Shown one piece after another: positions 20,501-29,056 of a stretch of 64,000 bases of DNA. Both the position numbers and the translations under genes were made by a program. The notes under the pieces were generated by a model. It made no database searches and was not told the DNA's origin. It worked only from the letters and a program-made list of their open reading frames with translations. Every line of letters begins with the position of its first letter. The first letter of the stretch is position 1. The stretch is from Candidatus Aenigmatarchaeota archaeon (GTDB lineage: Archaea > Aenigmatarchaeota > Aenigmatarchaeia > GW2011-AR5 > JAGGXF01), in the NCBI GenBank assembly GCA_021157845.1, contig JAGGVU010000019.1:2410-66409 (forward strand), read 5' to 3'.

Positions 20501-21745
20501 TTAGTCTTTCTTCCTCGTTTGTTTTGTTAATCTTTCAAGTTTATTTTTTAAGAAGTTATCTATAACCTCTTTTGCGGTTCTACCTTTTATCTTGTAGATG
20601 TCAATTAAATTATCTCGCATGCTGTGGAAGGAAATTTCGCCAATTTCTTTTGTTATGAGTATGTCTACTTTTTCTTTCAGAAGAAAATGTACAGTAGATA
20701 GTCCTGCACGGACGCTCTTGCTCTTATTTGGGTTCGGTTTTGAGTAAAATCTGCGGATAGATTTTCTTTCAGTTTCAACAAAGAGAAAATAATCTGCTCG
20801 GCCAAAATGTTCTACGACTACTGAATCCAACCCCTTTGGTTTTTTTATCGGTATCGCAACTTTATGTTTTAAGCTTTCATAAGGTTCTATATGAATAGTA
20901 AAGGAATTGACGTCTTTGAATTTCTTTTTTACTTTTCTTTCAATTTGATCAGCTATTTCATGTGCTTTGTTAACATTAGCAAATTTCTTAATTTTTATAC
21001 TAACCTCCCCAAAAATAAATGGTCCGGACCTCCTAAGTTTAAGATTATTCAAGCTTTCTACACCAGGAGTTAGCTTTATCTGCTTCTCTATGTTTTTAAC
21101 AAGTATTTTATTAGGACTGACATCCATCAATGAAAATATAGAATCCCTTAAACTAAAAAGCCCAAATTTAAGCACAATCATAGAAATTATTATTGTGATT
21201 AGCCCTTCTATATAAGGGATTTTATAATTAGAAAGCAGAATTGTAATAAAAACGATGAAAGAAACAAAAACATCTTTTAGCCGGTCCTTGCTCATTATAT
21301 CAAGGCTCTGGGAGTTTATTTCTTTACTAACTCTTTTTAAATATGCTGAGTTGACAAAGGCCACTAAGCCAGAACTTGCGGCAACGGTTAGTGAGATAAT
21401 AGGATGTTGGATAGTTGCCAGAGCAAAAATTCTCTGATACCCATCAAAAAGTAACCTTATAGCTCCATACGTTATAATTATAGAAATGAATAGGGCCGAT
21501 ATATTTTCAGCCTTATAATAGCCGTAAGGAAATTTTTCATTTGGCTTTCTTTGAGATAACTTGAGGCTAAAAAAAGATGCTAAGCCAGAAATTATATCAG
21601 ATGCTGACTCCAGTGCATCACTTATCAAAACCAATGAGCCAGACAAAAACCCAGCTATTCCTTTTGCTAAAGCTAAGAAAAGGGAAATAGATATAGAGAT
21701 GAGAGAGGCCTTTACTCCCATCTTTAAATCAGTTTCCTTATTCAT
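20501..21745 (-). CDS. cation diffusion facilitator (CDF) transporter fused to C-terminal NifX-like domain
   Basis: TM region with SGSLVLISDALES. C-terminal KVAIPIKK...HFGRADYFLFVE...DILITKEIG matches the NifX-like fold. Start codon uncertain; 21721 is an alternative. Confidence 0.6.
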   Translation of the reverse strand: MNKETDLKMGVKASLISISISLFLALAKGIAGFLSGSLVLISDALESASDIISGLASFFSLKLSQRKPNEKFPYGYYKAENISALFISIIITYGAIRLLFDGYQRIFALATIQHPIISLTVAASSGLVAFVNSAYLKRVSKEINSQSLDIMSKDRLKDVFVSFIVFITILLSNYKIPYIEGLITIIISMIVLKFGLFSLRDSIFSLMDVSPNKILVKNIEKQIKLTPGVESLNNLKLRRSGPFIFGEVSIKIKKFANVNKAHEIADQIERKVKKKFKDVNSFTIHIEPYESLKHKVAIPIKKPKGLDSVVVEHFGRADYFLFVETERKSIRRFYSKPNPNKSKSVRAGLSTVHFLLKEKVDILITKEIGEISFHSMRDNLIDIYKIKGRTAKEVIDNFLKNKLERLTKQTRKKD

Positions 21746-22139
21746 TCCATCTGCCTCTTCTTCCAAAGCCACGTCTAAATCCAAAACCAGCGGTTCTTAT
21801 CTGAGCCTTTTTCAGCTCTCCTCTTATAAATTTTTCTATGTTATCTTTTACAGTTCCGCCAACGCCTTCGTAGATTTCTATTTCAAGTTGCTGCAAAGCT
21901 GCAAAAGCCCTTGGGCCAAATGCCAGCGATATCGCAGCTTTTGCTTCTGTATTACCAACTATTTGCGCTGCTACTATGCCTGCTCCTCCCCTCTGATTTA
22001 TGGCAGGATTCTCTATTACTTCTGTACTTTTTATTTTATTATTTTCTATGTTCACAACTGCAAAATATGGGCATCTTCCAAAAATTGGACTTATCTGGCT
22101 TTCTATATCTTTTCCAGTTGAGCTAATTGCTACTTTCAT
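21738..22139 (-). CDS. NifX-like domain protein with Gly/Arg-rich tail
   Basis: MKVAISSTGKDIESQISPIFGRCPYFAVVNIENNK..., then TAGFGFRRGFGRRGRW tail. Upstream in-frame extension judged unlikely. Confidence 0.55.
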   Translation of the reverse strand: MKVAISSTGKDIESQISPIFGRCPYFAVVNIENNKIKSTEVIENPAINQRGGAGIVAAQIVGNTEAKAAISLAFGPRAFAALQQLEIEIYEGVGGTVKDNIEKFIRGELKKAQIRTAGFGFRRGFGRRGRWNE

Positions 22140-22322
22140 TTTTTTCACCTTCCTAACATACGGGTTCCACACTTTTGGCCCAACTTCTGATTGTATGGAA
22201 TACCCTCTGATGTGTATCTTTATATCCACATTTTGGACATATACATTCGGCTGTTCCAAAATCTTATTCCCACACCTATTCCTTGACCAGTTCCTCTTGG
22301 TATATTAATCATCTCTATATAT

Positions 22323-22565
22323 TTACCATCGCCCTCTTCCATCTCTTGGTCGTGGTAATCCTCTTGGATTTATGTCTGATTGGTGTCCAAATCCTCTGCC
22401 AAATCCTCTTCCACGACCGCGTCCTAGTCCAAATGGTCTGAATCTTGGTCGATAAGTTGGCTCTTTTTTCTCTGTTGTCGGGATTATACAATATCCACGA
22501 CCTCTTCCTGTCATTGGACCCTTTCCTTCTGGACCTGTTCCATCATATCCTGGCATGTTATTCAC
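22323..22565 (-). CDS. DUF5320-family protein (Gly/Arg-rich)
   Basis: MPGYDGTGPEGKGPMTGRGRGYC N-terminal signature followed by RGRGRGFGRGFG repeats. Confidence 0.55.
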   Translation of the reverse strand: MNNMPGYDGTGPEGKGPMTGRGRGYCIIPTTEKKEPTYRPRFRPFGLGRGRGRGFGRGFGHQSDINPRGLPRPRDGRGRW

Positions 22566-22583
22566 CTCCTTTCTAAATAAACA

Positions 22584-22991
22584 TTATTTTCTCCTCATAA
22601 AAGACCCGCATTTTTTACATTTAGTTTTGCTGCAGGGAATTCCTCTTATGTGATATTCTTTGTATCCGCATATAGGGCAGACACAATATTCTGATTTTTG
22701 AGCTATTCTATAATTACCACCCTTTATTTGAATCGCCTTCCCATTAATCAGCGCATCTGAAATCTTCTTTTTAGCTGAGTTCAGTATACGCTGAAAAGTG
22801 CCCCGGGAAATTTTCATCTTTTTGGCGCATGCTTTTTGGTTAAGCCCATTAAGGTCTTTCAATTTTATTGCTTCAAGTTCCTCTATTTTTAGTATAACCT
22901 TTTCTAAATCTGAAAGGGGAATTCTCCTTGGTTTGAAGTAGTTTACCTCTGGTTCATTCTGAACTATTCTTATTTTTCTCGGTCTTACCAT
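22584..22991 (-). CDS. DUF134-family predicted DNA-binding regulator with C-terminal zinc ribbon
   Basis: MVRPRKIRIV..NYFKPRRIP...LEAIKLKDLNGLNQKACAKKMKISRGTFQRIL; CPICG...CKKCG. Confidence 0.6.
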   Translation of the reverse strand: MVRPRKIRIVQNEPEVNYFKPRRIPLSDLEKVILKIEELEAIKLKDLNGLNQKACAKKMKISRGTFQRILNSAKKKISDALINGKAIQIKGGNYRIAQKSEYCVCPICGYKEYHIRGIPCSKTKCKKCGSFMRRK

Positions 22992-23107
22992 ACTGTGCAT
23001 ATGCACATAAATGTTTATAAAGCTATTGTTACGACGATTTTATGCAGAAAGCAATTTTTATGAATTATTTATAAATAATTCGTCATAATCTAATTTAATG
23101 TGATGAT

Positions 23108-23293
23108 ATGAAACTATTGGTTATTTTGTTGGTTATATTAATTTTTGTAAGTGGCTGTGTTACAGGAAACGTGGATGACAATATTTCAGCACAAAAACAG
23201 GCAGCTCAAAACCAAAACAAGTTAATCAACACAACAGAAAATGAGCCAGATTATGAAATAGCTGGTCAGATAAATGTGAGCGGAGTGCCATGA
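23108..23293 (+). CDS. small putative lipoprotein
   Basis: Signal peptide with SGC lipobox-like sequence; 61 aa; weak. Confidence 0.2.
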   Translation: MKLLVILLVILIFVSGCVTGNVDDNISAQKQAAQNQNKLINTTENEPDYEIAGQINVSGVP

Positions 23294-24159
23294 AAGTATT
23301 AGTTACAGGCGGATCTGGGTTTATTGGCTCCTTTTTAGTAAAAGAATTATTAAGAGCAGGTGAAGAGGTTATAATTTTTGACAAAAAAAAGCCACGGTTT
23401 AGAGGAGCTGAATTTATTAAGGGGGACATAAGAGATAAGATAGATTTGCCTCGCGTAAACACAATTTATCATCTTGCTGCCCAGATTTCTGTCCCTTTTG
23501 CTGAAGCGCACCCGGAGGAGAATTATTCTATAAATGTAGAAGGGACCAAGCACGTGCTAATGTATGCGTTGAAAGCCAAAATAAAAAATTTTGTATTTTT
23601 CAGCAGTGCAGCTGTTTACGGGTTGCAGGATAATCCAATAAAAGAAAATGCAATAAAAAAGCCAATAAATAATTATGGCTTGTCAAAATTAGAGGCAGAA
23701 GAAGAATGCCTAAAATATAAAAAATATTTTTCTTTATCCATCTTAAGACCATTCAACGTGTATGGCATTGGTTGTAGCGGTGTTATAAAAAAGTTTATCG
23801 AAGCTGCAAAAAATAATAAAAAGGTCTTTATAGAGGGGGATGGAAAACAAACAAGAGATTTTATTCATGTGAATGACGTTGTTGGTGCAGCTTTATTTTT
23901 ATCAGATAAGCCGGGCGTTTATAACATTGGGACTGGAAAAGAGACGTCTATTAATAAGCTTGTTAAAATTATAGAGAAAGTAAGCTGCAAAAAACTAGAG
24001 AAAGAATACATCAAAGCAAGACAGGCAGACATTAGAAGAAGTGTAGCAGATATTTCCGCCTTGCGACAAGCTGGATTTGATGTTAAAATTTCTTTGGAAA
24101 ATGGAATAAAACAGATATTCAGGGATTATAATTTAGTTGCACGGCAGCTGTCTAAATAA
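23290..24159 (+). CDS. NAD-dependent epimerase/dehydratase (UDP-sugar 4-epimerase family)
   Basis: VLVTGGSGFIGS Rossmann; YGLSK; 289 aa. Confidence 0.8.
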   Translation: MKVLVTGGSGFIGSFLVKELLRAGEEVIIFDKKKPRFRGAEFIKGDIRDKIDLPRVNTIYHLAAQISVPFAEAHPEENYSINVEGTKHVLMYALKAKIKNFVFFSSAAVYGLQDNPIKENAIKKPINNYGLSKLEAEEECLKYKKYFSLSILRPFNVYGIGCSGVIKKFIEAAKNNKKVFIEGDGKQTRDFIHVNDVVGAALFLSDKPGVYNIGTGKETSINKLVKIIEKVSCKKLEKEYIKARQADIRRSVADISALRQAGFDVKISLENGIKQIFRDYNLVARQLSK

Positions 24160-24275
24160 TAAACCTCTAAAAACCCACAATACTCAATTAAAGATTATGC
24201 TTAGCACACTTCATTAAATTAAGGCTTTGCTTTACTTGCTCTGAATCATTTCGGGTTTCGCTTAATCCTCTAACA

Positions 24276-25004
24276 TTACTCAACTAACCATTTAATCATA
24301 CTTCTTGCTGCATGTATTACAACATATTTGAAGTCTTTAAGATATTCCATAATATTCCTTTTTCTTCTCCTTAGCAGGTAGAAAAAATTCCTGAAGCCAT
24401 CAAATACTGTTACGCCCCTTCCTCTTCTATATATAGAAGGGCTTAGGTTTATATTGCACGCCATTATGTTGTGTTTTCCGATTTGAAATATTATATCTGC
24501 AGCTATTTCATATTTTTTCGCCTGAAGTTTTATTTTTTTTAAGCAATTTTTAGAAAATGCCCGATACCCGGACTCTGTGTCCAAAAGAGCTGTTCCTGAA
24601 ATAAGATTGATCATGAACGATAATGAAAGATTACCTAACTTTTTATAAAACGGGTATTTTGACAAATTACGCTTGCCGAGAACAAAATCATATCCTTGGT
24701 TTATTTTTTCTATAAATTTTTTAATATCTTTTGGGTTATGTTGACCATCTGCATCTAGTGTTATTGTAACATCAGCTCCAAATTTTCTGGCCCTTTCCAG
24801 ACCAGTTCTTATAGCTGAGCCGAGGCCCATATTTTTTTTATGTCTTATTACGACTGCTCCGGCTTTTCTGGCTAATTTTGCTGTACTGTCCGATGAGCCA
24901 TCATCTACAACTATGACCTTATTAACATACTGTTTTGTCTTTTTTACCATTTCATATATTGTTTTTTCCTCGTTGTAGGCTGGCATAACTGCAACTATTT
25001 TCAT
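24276..25004 (-). CDS. family-2 glycosyltransferase (Dpm1-like)
   Basis: VMPAYNEE, VVDDGSSD, DADGQH. Confidence 0.8.
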   Translation of the reverse strand: MKIVAVMPAYNEEKTIYEMVKKTKQYVNKVIVVDDGSSDSTAKLARKAGAVVIRHKKNMGLGSAIRTGLERARKFGADVTITLDADGQHNPKDIKKFIEKINQGYDFVLGKRNLSKYPFYKKLGNLSLSFMINLISGTALLDTESGYRAFSKNCLKKIKLQAKKYEIAADIIFQIGKHNIMACNINLSPSIYRRGRGVTVFDGFRNFFYLLRRRKRNIMEYLKDFKYVVIHAARSMIKWLVE

Positions 25005-25158
25005 AAAATAAAGATAAAGGAAAACTAATTAAAGTTTATAATTAACACTTAAATTATAATCAGCCAATAATAATTGACGAATCTGAAACAAAAACTATAA
25101 ATATAATATTTTCCCTAAATATCTCTATTACAAGACCATACTGATACACCGTGGTAAA

Positions 25159-25689
25159 ATGATTGAAATACGCATAAACGGAAGGGGCGGGCAAGGCGCT
25201 GTGACAACTTCCGAGATTTTGGCAATAGCTGCTTTTAAAGACGGAAGATATTCGCAGGCTTTTCCTCATTTTGGGGTCGAGAGAAGAGGAGCACCAGCAA
25301 TGGCATTCTGCAGAATAGACGATAAAGAAATAAAACTGAGGACCCATGTCTATACGCCGGATTATATAATCATCTTGGATCCATCATTGCTTAATCTGCC
25401 GGATACGCTAAATGGGTTGAAAAATAGCGGAATCATCATTCTGAACTCTAAAGAAAAATACATAGAACTTGAAAAAAAATACAAGATTATATATGTTGAC
25501 GCCACCCAGATAGCATTGGATATAATAGGAAAACCAATTGTAAATACAGCAGTACTTGGCGCGCTGTCAAAGAAGACAAGTCTGGTAAGTTTAAACGCAT
25601 TAAAAGATGCTATAAAGGAAAAATTTTCTGGAGAATTGGCTGACAAAAATATTGAGGTTCTGCAAAAAGTTTATGATTCCACTAATTAG
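25159..25689 (+). CDS. porG: pyruvate:ferredoxin oxidoreductase gamma subunit
   Basis: IRINGRGGQGAVT; operon context. Confidence 0.8.
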   Translation: MIEIRINGRGGQGAVTTSEILAIAAFKDGRYSQAFPHFGVERRGAPAMAFCRIDDKEIKLRTHVYTPDYIIILDPSLLNLPDTLNGLKNSGIIILNSKEKYIELEKKYKIIYVDATQIALDIIGKPIVNTAVLGALSKKTSLVSLNALKDAIKEKFSGELADKNIEVLQKVYDSTN

Positions 25690-25968
25690 GTGTGTTTTAT
25701 GGATAAGAAATTTAACGAAGGTGCCTGGGCTGAGCCAGGAACGTCTGTTAAAAATAAGACAGGATCGTGGAGAACTTTTAAGCCGATTGTGACTGATAGA
25801 TGTGTTGGTTGCGGAACATGTACAAAATTCTGTCCTGAAGGAGCTATAAAGATTGTTGAAAAAAATGGGAAAAAAAAGGCAGAGATAAATTATGATTATT
25901 GCAAAGGATGTTTGATATGTTTGAAAGAATGCCCATTTAAGGCTATAGAAAAAGAAGTTGAAAAATAA
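25690..25968 (+). CDS. porD: pyruvate:ferredoxin oxidoreductase delta subunit (2x[4Fe-4S])
   Basis: CVGCGTCTKFCP, CKGCLICLKECP. Confidence 0.8.
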   Translation: MCFMDKKFNEGAWAEPGTSVKNKTGSWRTFKPIVTDRCVGCGTCTKFCPEGAIKIVEKNGKKKAEINYDYCKGCLICLKECPFKAIEKEVEK

Positions 25969-25987
25969 GTTGAAGCGGTGATTTTAT

Positions 25988-27118
25988 ATGAAAAAGGTCA
26001 TAGAAGGAAGCCACGCAGTAGCAGAGGCTGTCCGATTATGTGCACCAAAGGTAATTGCCGCCTATCCCATAACACCGCAAACACATATAGTTGAACGATT
26101 GAGCAAGATGGTTGCTGATGGACAATTGGATAGTGAGTTTTTATGTGTTGAGTCGGAGCATTCAGCTATGTCTGCATGCATAGGTGCTCAGGCAACAGGT
26201 GTTAGAACATATACAGCAACAGCTTCCCAAGGCCTGATGTTGATGCACGAAATGCTGCATGTTGCTTCTGGCATGAGACTACCAATAGTTATAAATGTTG
26301 CGAACAGATCAGTTTCTAGCCCACTTAGTATATGGAATGACTGGCTTGATGCAATGGCTGTTCGTAATTCTGGTTGGGTCCAGTTGTTTGTCGAATCAAG
26401 CCAAGAAGCGTTAGATACCACTATACAAGCTTATAAAATTGCGGAAACAATCCACCTGCCTGTCATGGTTTGCATAGACGGGTTTTATTTGTCTCATACC
26501 TACGAGCCCGTTGATATTCCAGATACGGTAGCTGGATATCTTGGCGACTATAAACCAAAGGTTGTTTTGGATCCAAAAAACCCAATAACACAAGGTATGA
26601 TGGCAGGTCCAAAAGCATTTCAGGAGTTCAAGGAACAACAACATAGGGCTTTGCTTAGCGCTAAAGATGTGATAAAAAATGAGAATAGAGAGTTCAACAA
26701 AAAATTTGGCAGAATATATGGAGATGGGTTGGTAGAAACTTATAATATGGAATCTGCAGATTATGCAATAATTTCTATGGGCTCTGTATGTGGAACAATT
26801 AAGCATATTTTGGATGAGAAAAAAATATCTGATATTGGGCTAATACGTATAAAGACATATAGACCGTTCCCAAATAAAGAAATAATAGATTTAACTAAAA
26901 ATCTAAAAGCTTTGGGTGTGCTTGAGAAGGACATTTCCTTTGGAATTGGAGGAGCGTTGTGGGCAGATGTTAAGACATTTGTAGATAAGCCAGTTTCTAA
27001 TTTTATAGGAGGTCTGGGTGGAAGAGATATTCAGATAGAGGATATAGTCAAAATCTTTGGGACCATAAGAAAAGAAGAAGAAAATATTCATTGGGTCGGT
27101 TCCCAGCTAAAAAAGTGA
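25988..27118 (+). CDS. porA: pyruvate:ferredoxin oxidoreductase alpha subunit
   Basis: 376 aa; GSHAVAEAVRLC..AYPITPQT. Confidence 0.8.
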   Translation: MKKVIEGSHAVAEAVRLCAPKVIAAYPITPQTHIVERLSKMVADGQLDSEFLCVESEHSAMSACIGAQATGVRTYTATASQGLMLMHEMLHVASGMRLPIVINVANRSVSSPLSIWNDWLDAMAVRNSGWVQLFVESSQEALDTTIQAYKIAETIHLPVMVCIDGFYLSHTYEPVDIPDTVAGYLGDYKPKVVLDPKNPITQGMMAGPKAFQEFKEQQHRALLSAKDVIKNENREFNKKFGRIYGDGLVETYNMESADYAIISMGSVCGTIKHILDEKKISDIGLIRIKTYRPFPNKEIIDLTKNLKALGVLEKDISFGIGGALWADVKTFVDKPVSNFIGGLGGRDIQIEDIVKIFGTIRKEEENIHWVGSQLKK

Positions 27119-27122
27119 TATT

Positions 27123-27977
27123 ATGAAAAAATTGCTTTCGTTTGGTACGAGGTCATGCGCAGGTTGTCCAGCATCTTTAGCTGTAAGAAGAATTTTAGAA
27201 GCAGTTGGAGATAATGTTATTATTGTGAATGGAACAAGTTGTCTTGAAGTAACCACAACACAATATCCATTAAGCTCTTGGAATGTTCCCTACATACATA
27301 CAGCCTTTGAATGTACCGGAGCTGTTGCTTCTGGTGTTGAGTCTGCGTTGAAAAAAATGGGAAAAGACACACATGTTGTGGCAATTGCCGGAGATGGTGG
27401 GACATTTGATATTGGATTGCAGTCTTTATCAGGAATGATTGACAGGGGGCATAATGTCTTGTATATATGCTATGATAATGAATGTTACGCAAATACTGGT
27501 TTGCAAAGAAGTTCAGCTACTCCCTATGGTGCAGCTACAACTACCAGCCCCCCTGGCAAATTTTCTATTGGAAATAAAACATTTAAAAAGCCAATTGTGC
27601 AGATGCTTGCTGCACAAAAAGTTCCATATGTTGCCACCGCTTCTTTGGCATACCCAGATGACTTAGAAAGAAAAGTGAAAAAGGCGTTGACAATCAAAGG
27701 CCCGAAATTCATACATATACTTGCGCCATGCCCAATTTCTTGGCGATTTGACAGCTCTGAAACTATACATGTAGCACGGCTTGCTGTTGAAACAGGTATG
27801 TGGATTTTGTGCGAAATAGAAAATGGAAAAATTAAAATAAATGTCACACCATCGGAAAGAAAGCCAGTTAAAGACTATCTTAGTTTGCAGGGCAGGTTTA
27901 AGCATCTAAAGGACGAAGATATAAAAAAAATACAAGAAAAAGTAGACGATGATTGGAAAGCATACAAGAAATATTAA
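27123..27977 (+). CDS. porB: pyruvate:ferredoxin oxidoreductase beta subunit (TPP-binding)
   Basis: CAGCPASL, GDGGTFDIG, TGLQ. Confidence 0.8.
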   Translation: MKKLLSFGTRSCAGCPASLAVRRILEAVGDNVIIVNGTSCLEVTTTQYPLSSWNVPYIHTAFECTGAVASGVESALKKMGKDTHVVAIAGDGGTFDIGLQSLSGMIDRGHNVLYICYDNECYANTGLQRSSATPYGAATTTSPPGKFSIGNKTFKKPIVQMLAAQKVPYVATASLAYPDDLERKVKKALTIKGPKFIHILAPCPISWRFDSSETIHVARLAVETGMWILCEIENGKIKINVTPSERKPVKDYLSLQGRFKHLKDEDIKKIQEKVDDDWKAYKKY

Positions 27978-28013
27978 TTTAAACCTTCACAGCTATTCTA
28001 ATCAGGTGACTTT

Positions 28014-28613
28014 ATGCTTGGAAAATTTATAGTATTTGAGGGTCTGGATGGTTCTGGGATATCGACACAGTCGGGTTTGCTTTATGATTATTTTTCAAAA
28101 AAAGGCAAAAAGACAGTTCTGACAAAGGAACAGACAAACGGTTTAATAGGTGGCTTAATAAAGGCCGGTTTGCGGCATGAATGGAAAACAACTCCTTTAG
28201 CTCTGCAACTTTTATTTGCTGCGGACCGTTCACACCATTTGGATAAACAGATTAATCCAGCTATTAATAATGGAAAGATAGTTATATGTGACAGATACAT
28301 ATTGTCTACGCTGGCATTTGGCTCTTTGGATGTTGATATGCAATTTTTAAAAGAGATTAACTCAAAATTTCCAGCTCCGGATATAACATTCATTTTAGAT
28401 GTTTTGCCAAAAATTTGTCTTCAACGAATTACTAAGTCCAGATTTCACGCAGAATTGTTTGAGGAGGAGGAAAAACTAAATAAAATAAGGAAAGCATATC
28501 TTTCTTTAAAAAATTATTTCCCAAATACATTTGTAATAGATGGCAACAGATCCATAGAAGAAGTTCATAAAGACATAGTTAAAATCGTAGAGGAGCAAAT
28601 CAAAGAGAAATAA
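28014..28613 (+). CDS. tmk: thymidylate kinase-like (P-loop reads GSGIST; canonical Lys missing)
   Basis: FIVFEGLDGSGIST, DRY motif; 199 aa. Confidence 0.65.
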   Translation: MLGKFIVFEGLDGSGISTQSGLLYDYFSKKGKKTVLTKEQTNGLIGGLIKAGLRHEWKTTPLALQLLFAADRSHHLDKQINPAINNGKIVICDRYILSTLAFGSLDVDMQFLKEINSKFPAPDITFILDVLPKICLQRITKSRFHAELFEEEEKLNKIRKAYLSLKNYFPNTFVIDGNRSIEEVHKDIVKIVEEQIKEK

Positions 28614-28664
28614 TAAATAATTGAATCTTAAAAATTATAAATAAACAAAAAATAAAGTGTATCT

Positions 28665-28964
28665 ATGGGCATAAATCGAATCGATAAAATCATAGGTCTG
28701 CTTTCTTTAATTCCCCCCATTTTTACATTTGTTGCGCTTGCTTATGCTTTTACACATTCTTTGAATCTTCCAGGTCCTTTATTTGATTTTTTCATTCCCA
28801 AAGCAACTATTGGTAGTGGTGCAATTTTTTCAATTCTTTTCATAATTTTTTCAGTAAAAGTTTTTTATGAAAAAAAGAGTCTTACTGAAGGAGAAATTTA
28901 TACATTTGTTTTTGTTGGTTTACTATGGACCTTTGTTTTACTATCAGAATTTATATCTTTGTAA
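28665..28964 (+). CDS. small membrane protein, hypothetical
   Basis: 99 aa, three hydrophobic helices. Confidence 0.3.
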   Translation: MGINRIDKIIGLLSLIPPIFTFVALAYAFTHSLNLPGPLFDFFIPKATIGSGAIFSILFIIFSVKVFYEKKSLTEGEIYTFVFVGLLWTFVLLSEFISL

Positions 28965-29056
28965 TTTTATCAATTTCTAGACAGTTGTGTTTTATTTTTA
29001 AGCTGGATGGGCTACAGAAAATGCTCATAAAGAGATTGTGTTAATCATAGAAAAAT

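Noticed and set aside
21561-22308. Plus-strand ORFs 21561-22121, 21911-22126, 22000-22308
   Set aside because: Antisense to the CDF::NifX and NifX-like genes; low-complexity translations.
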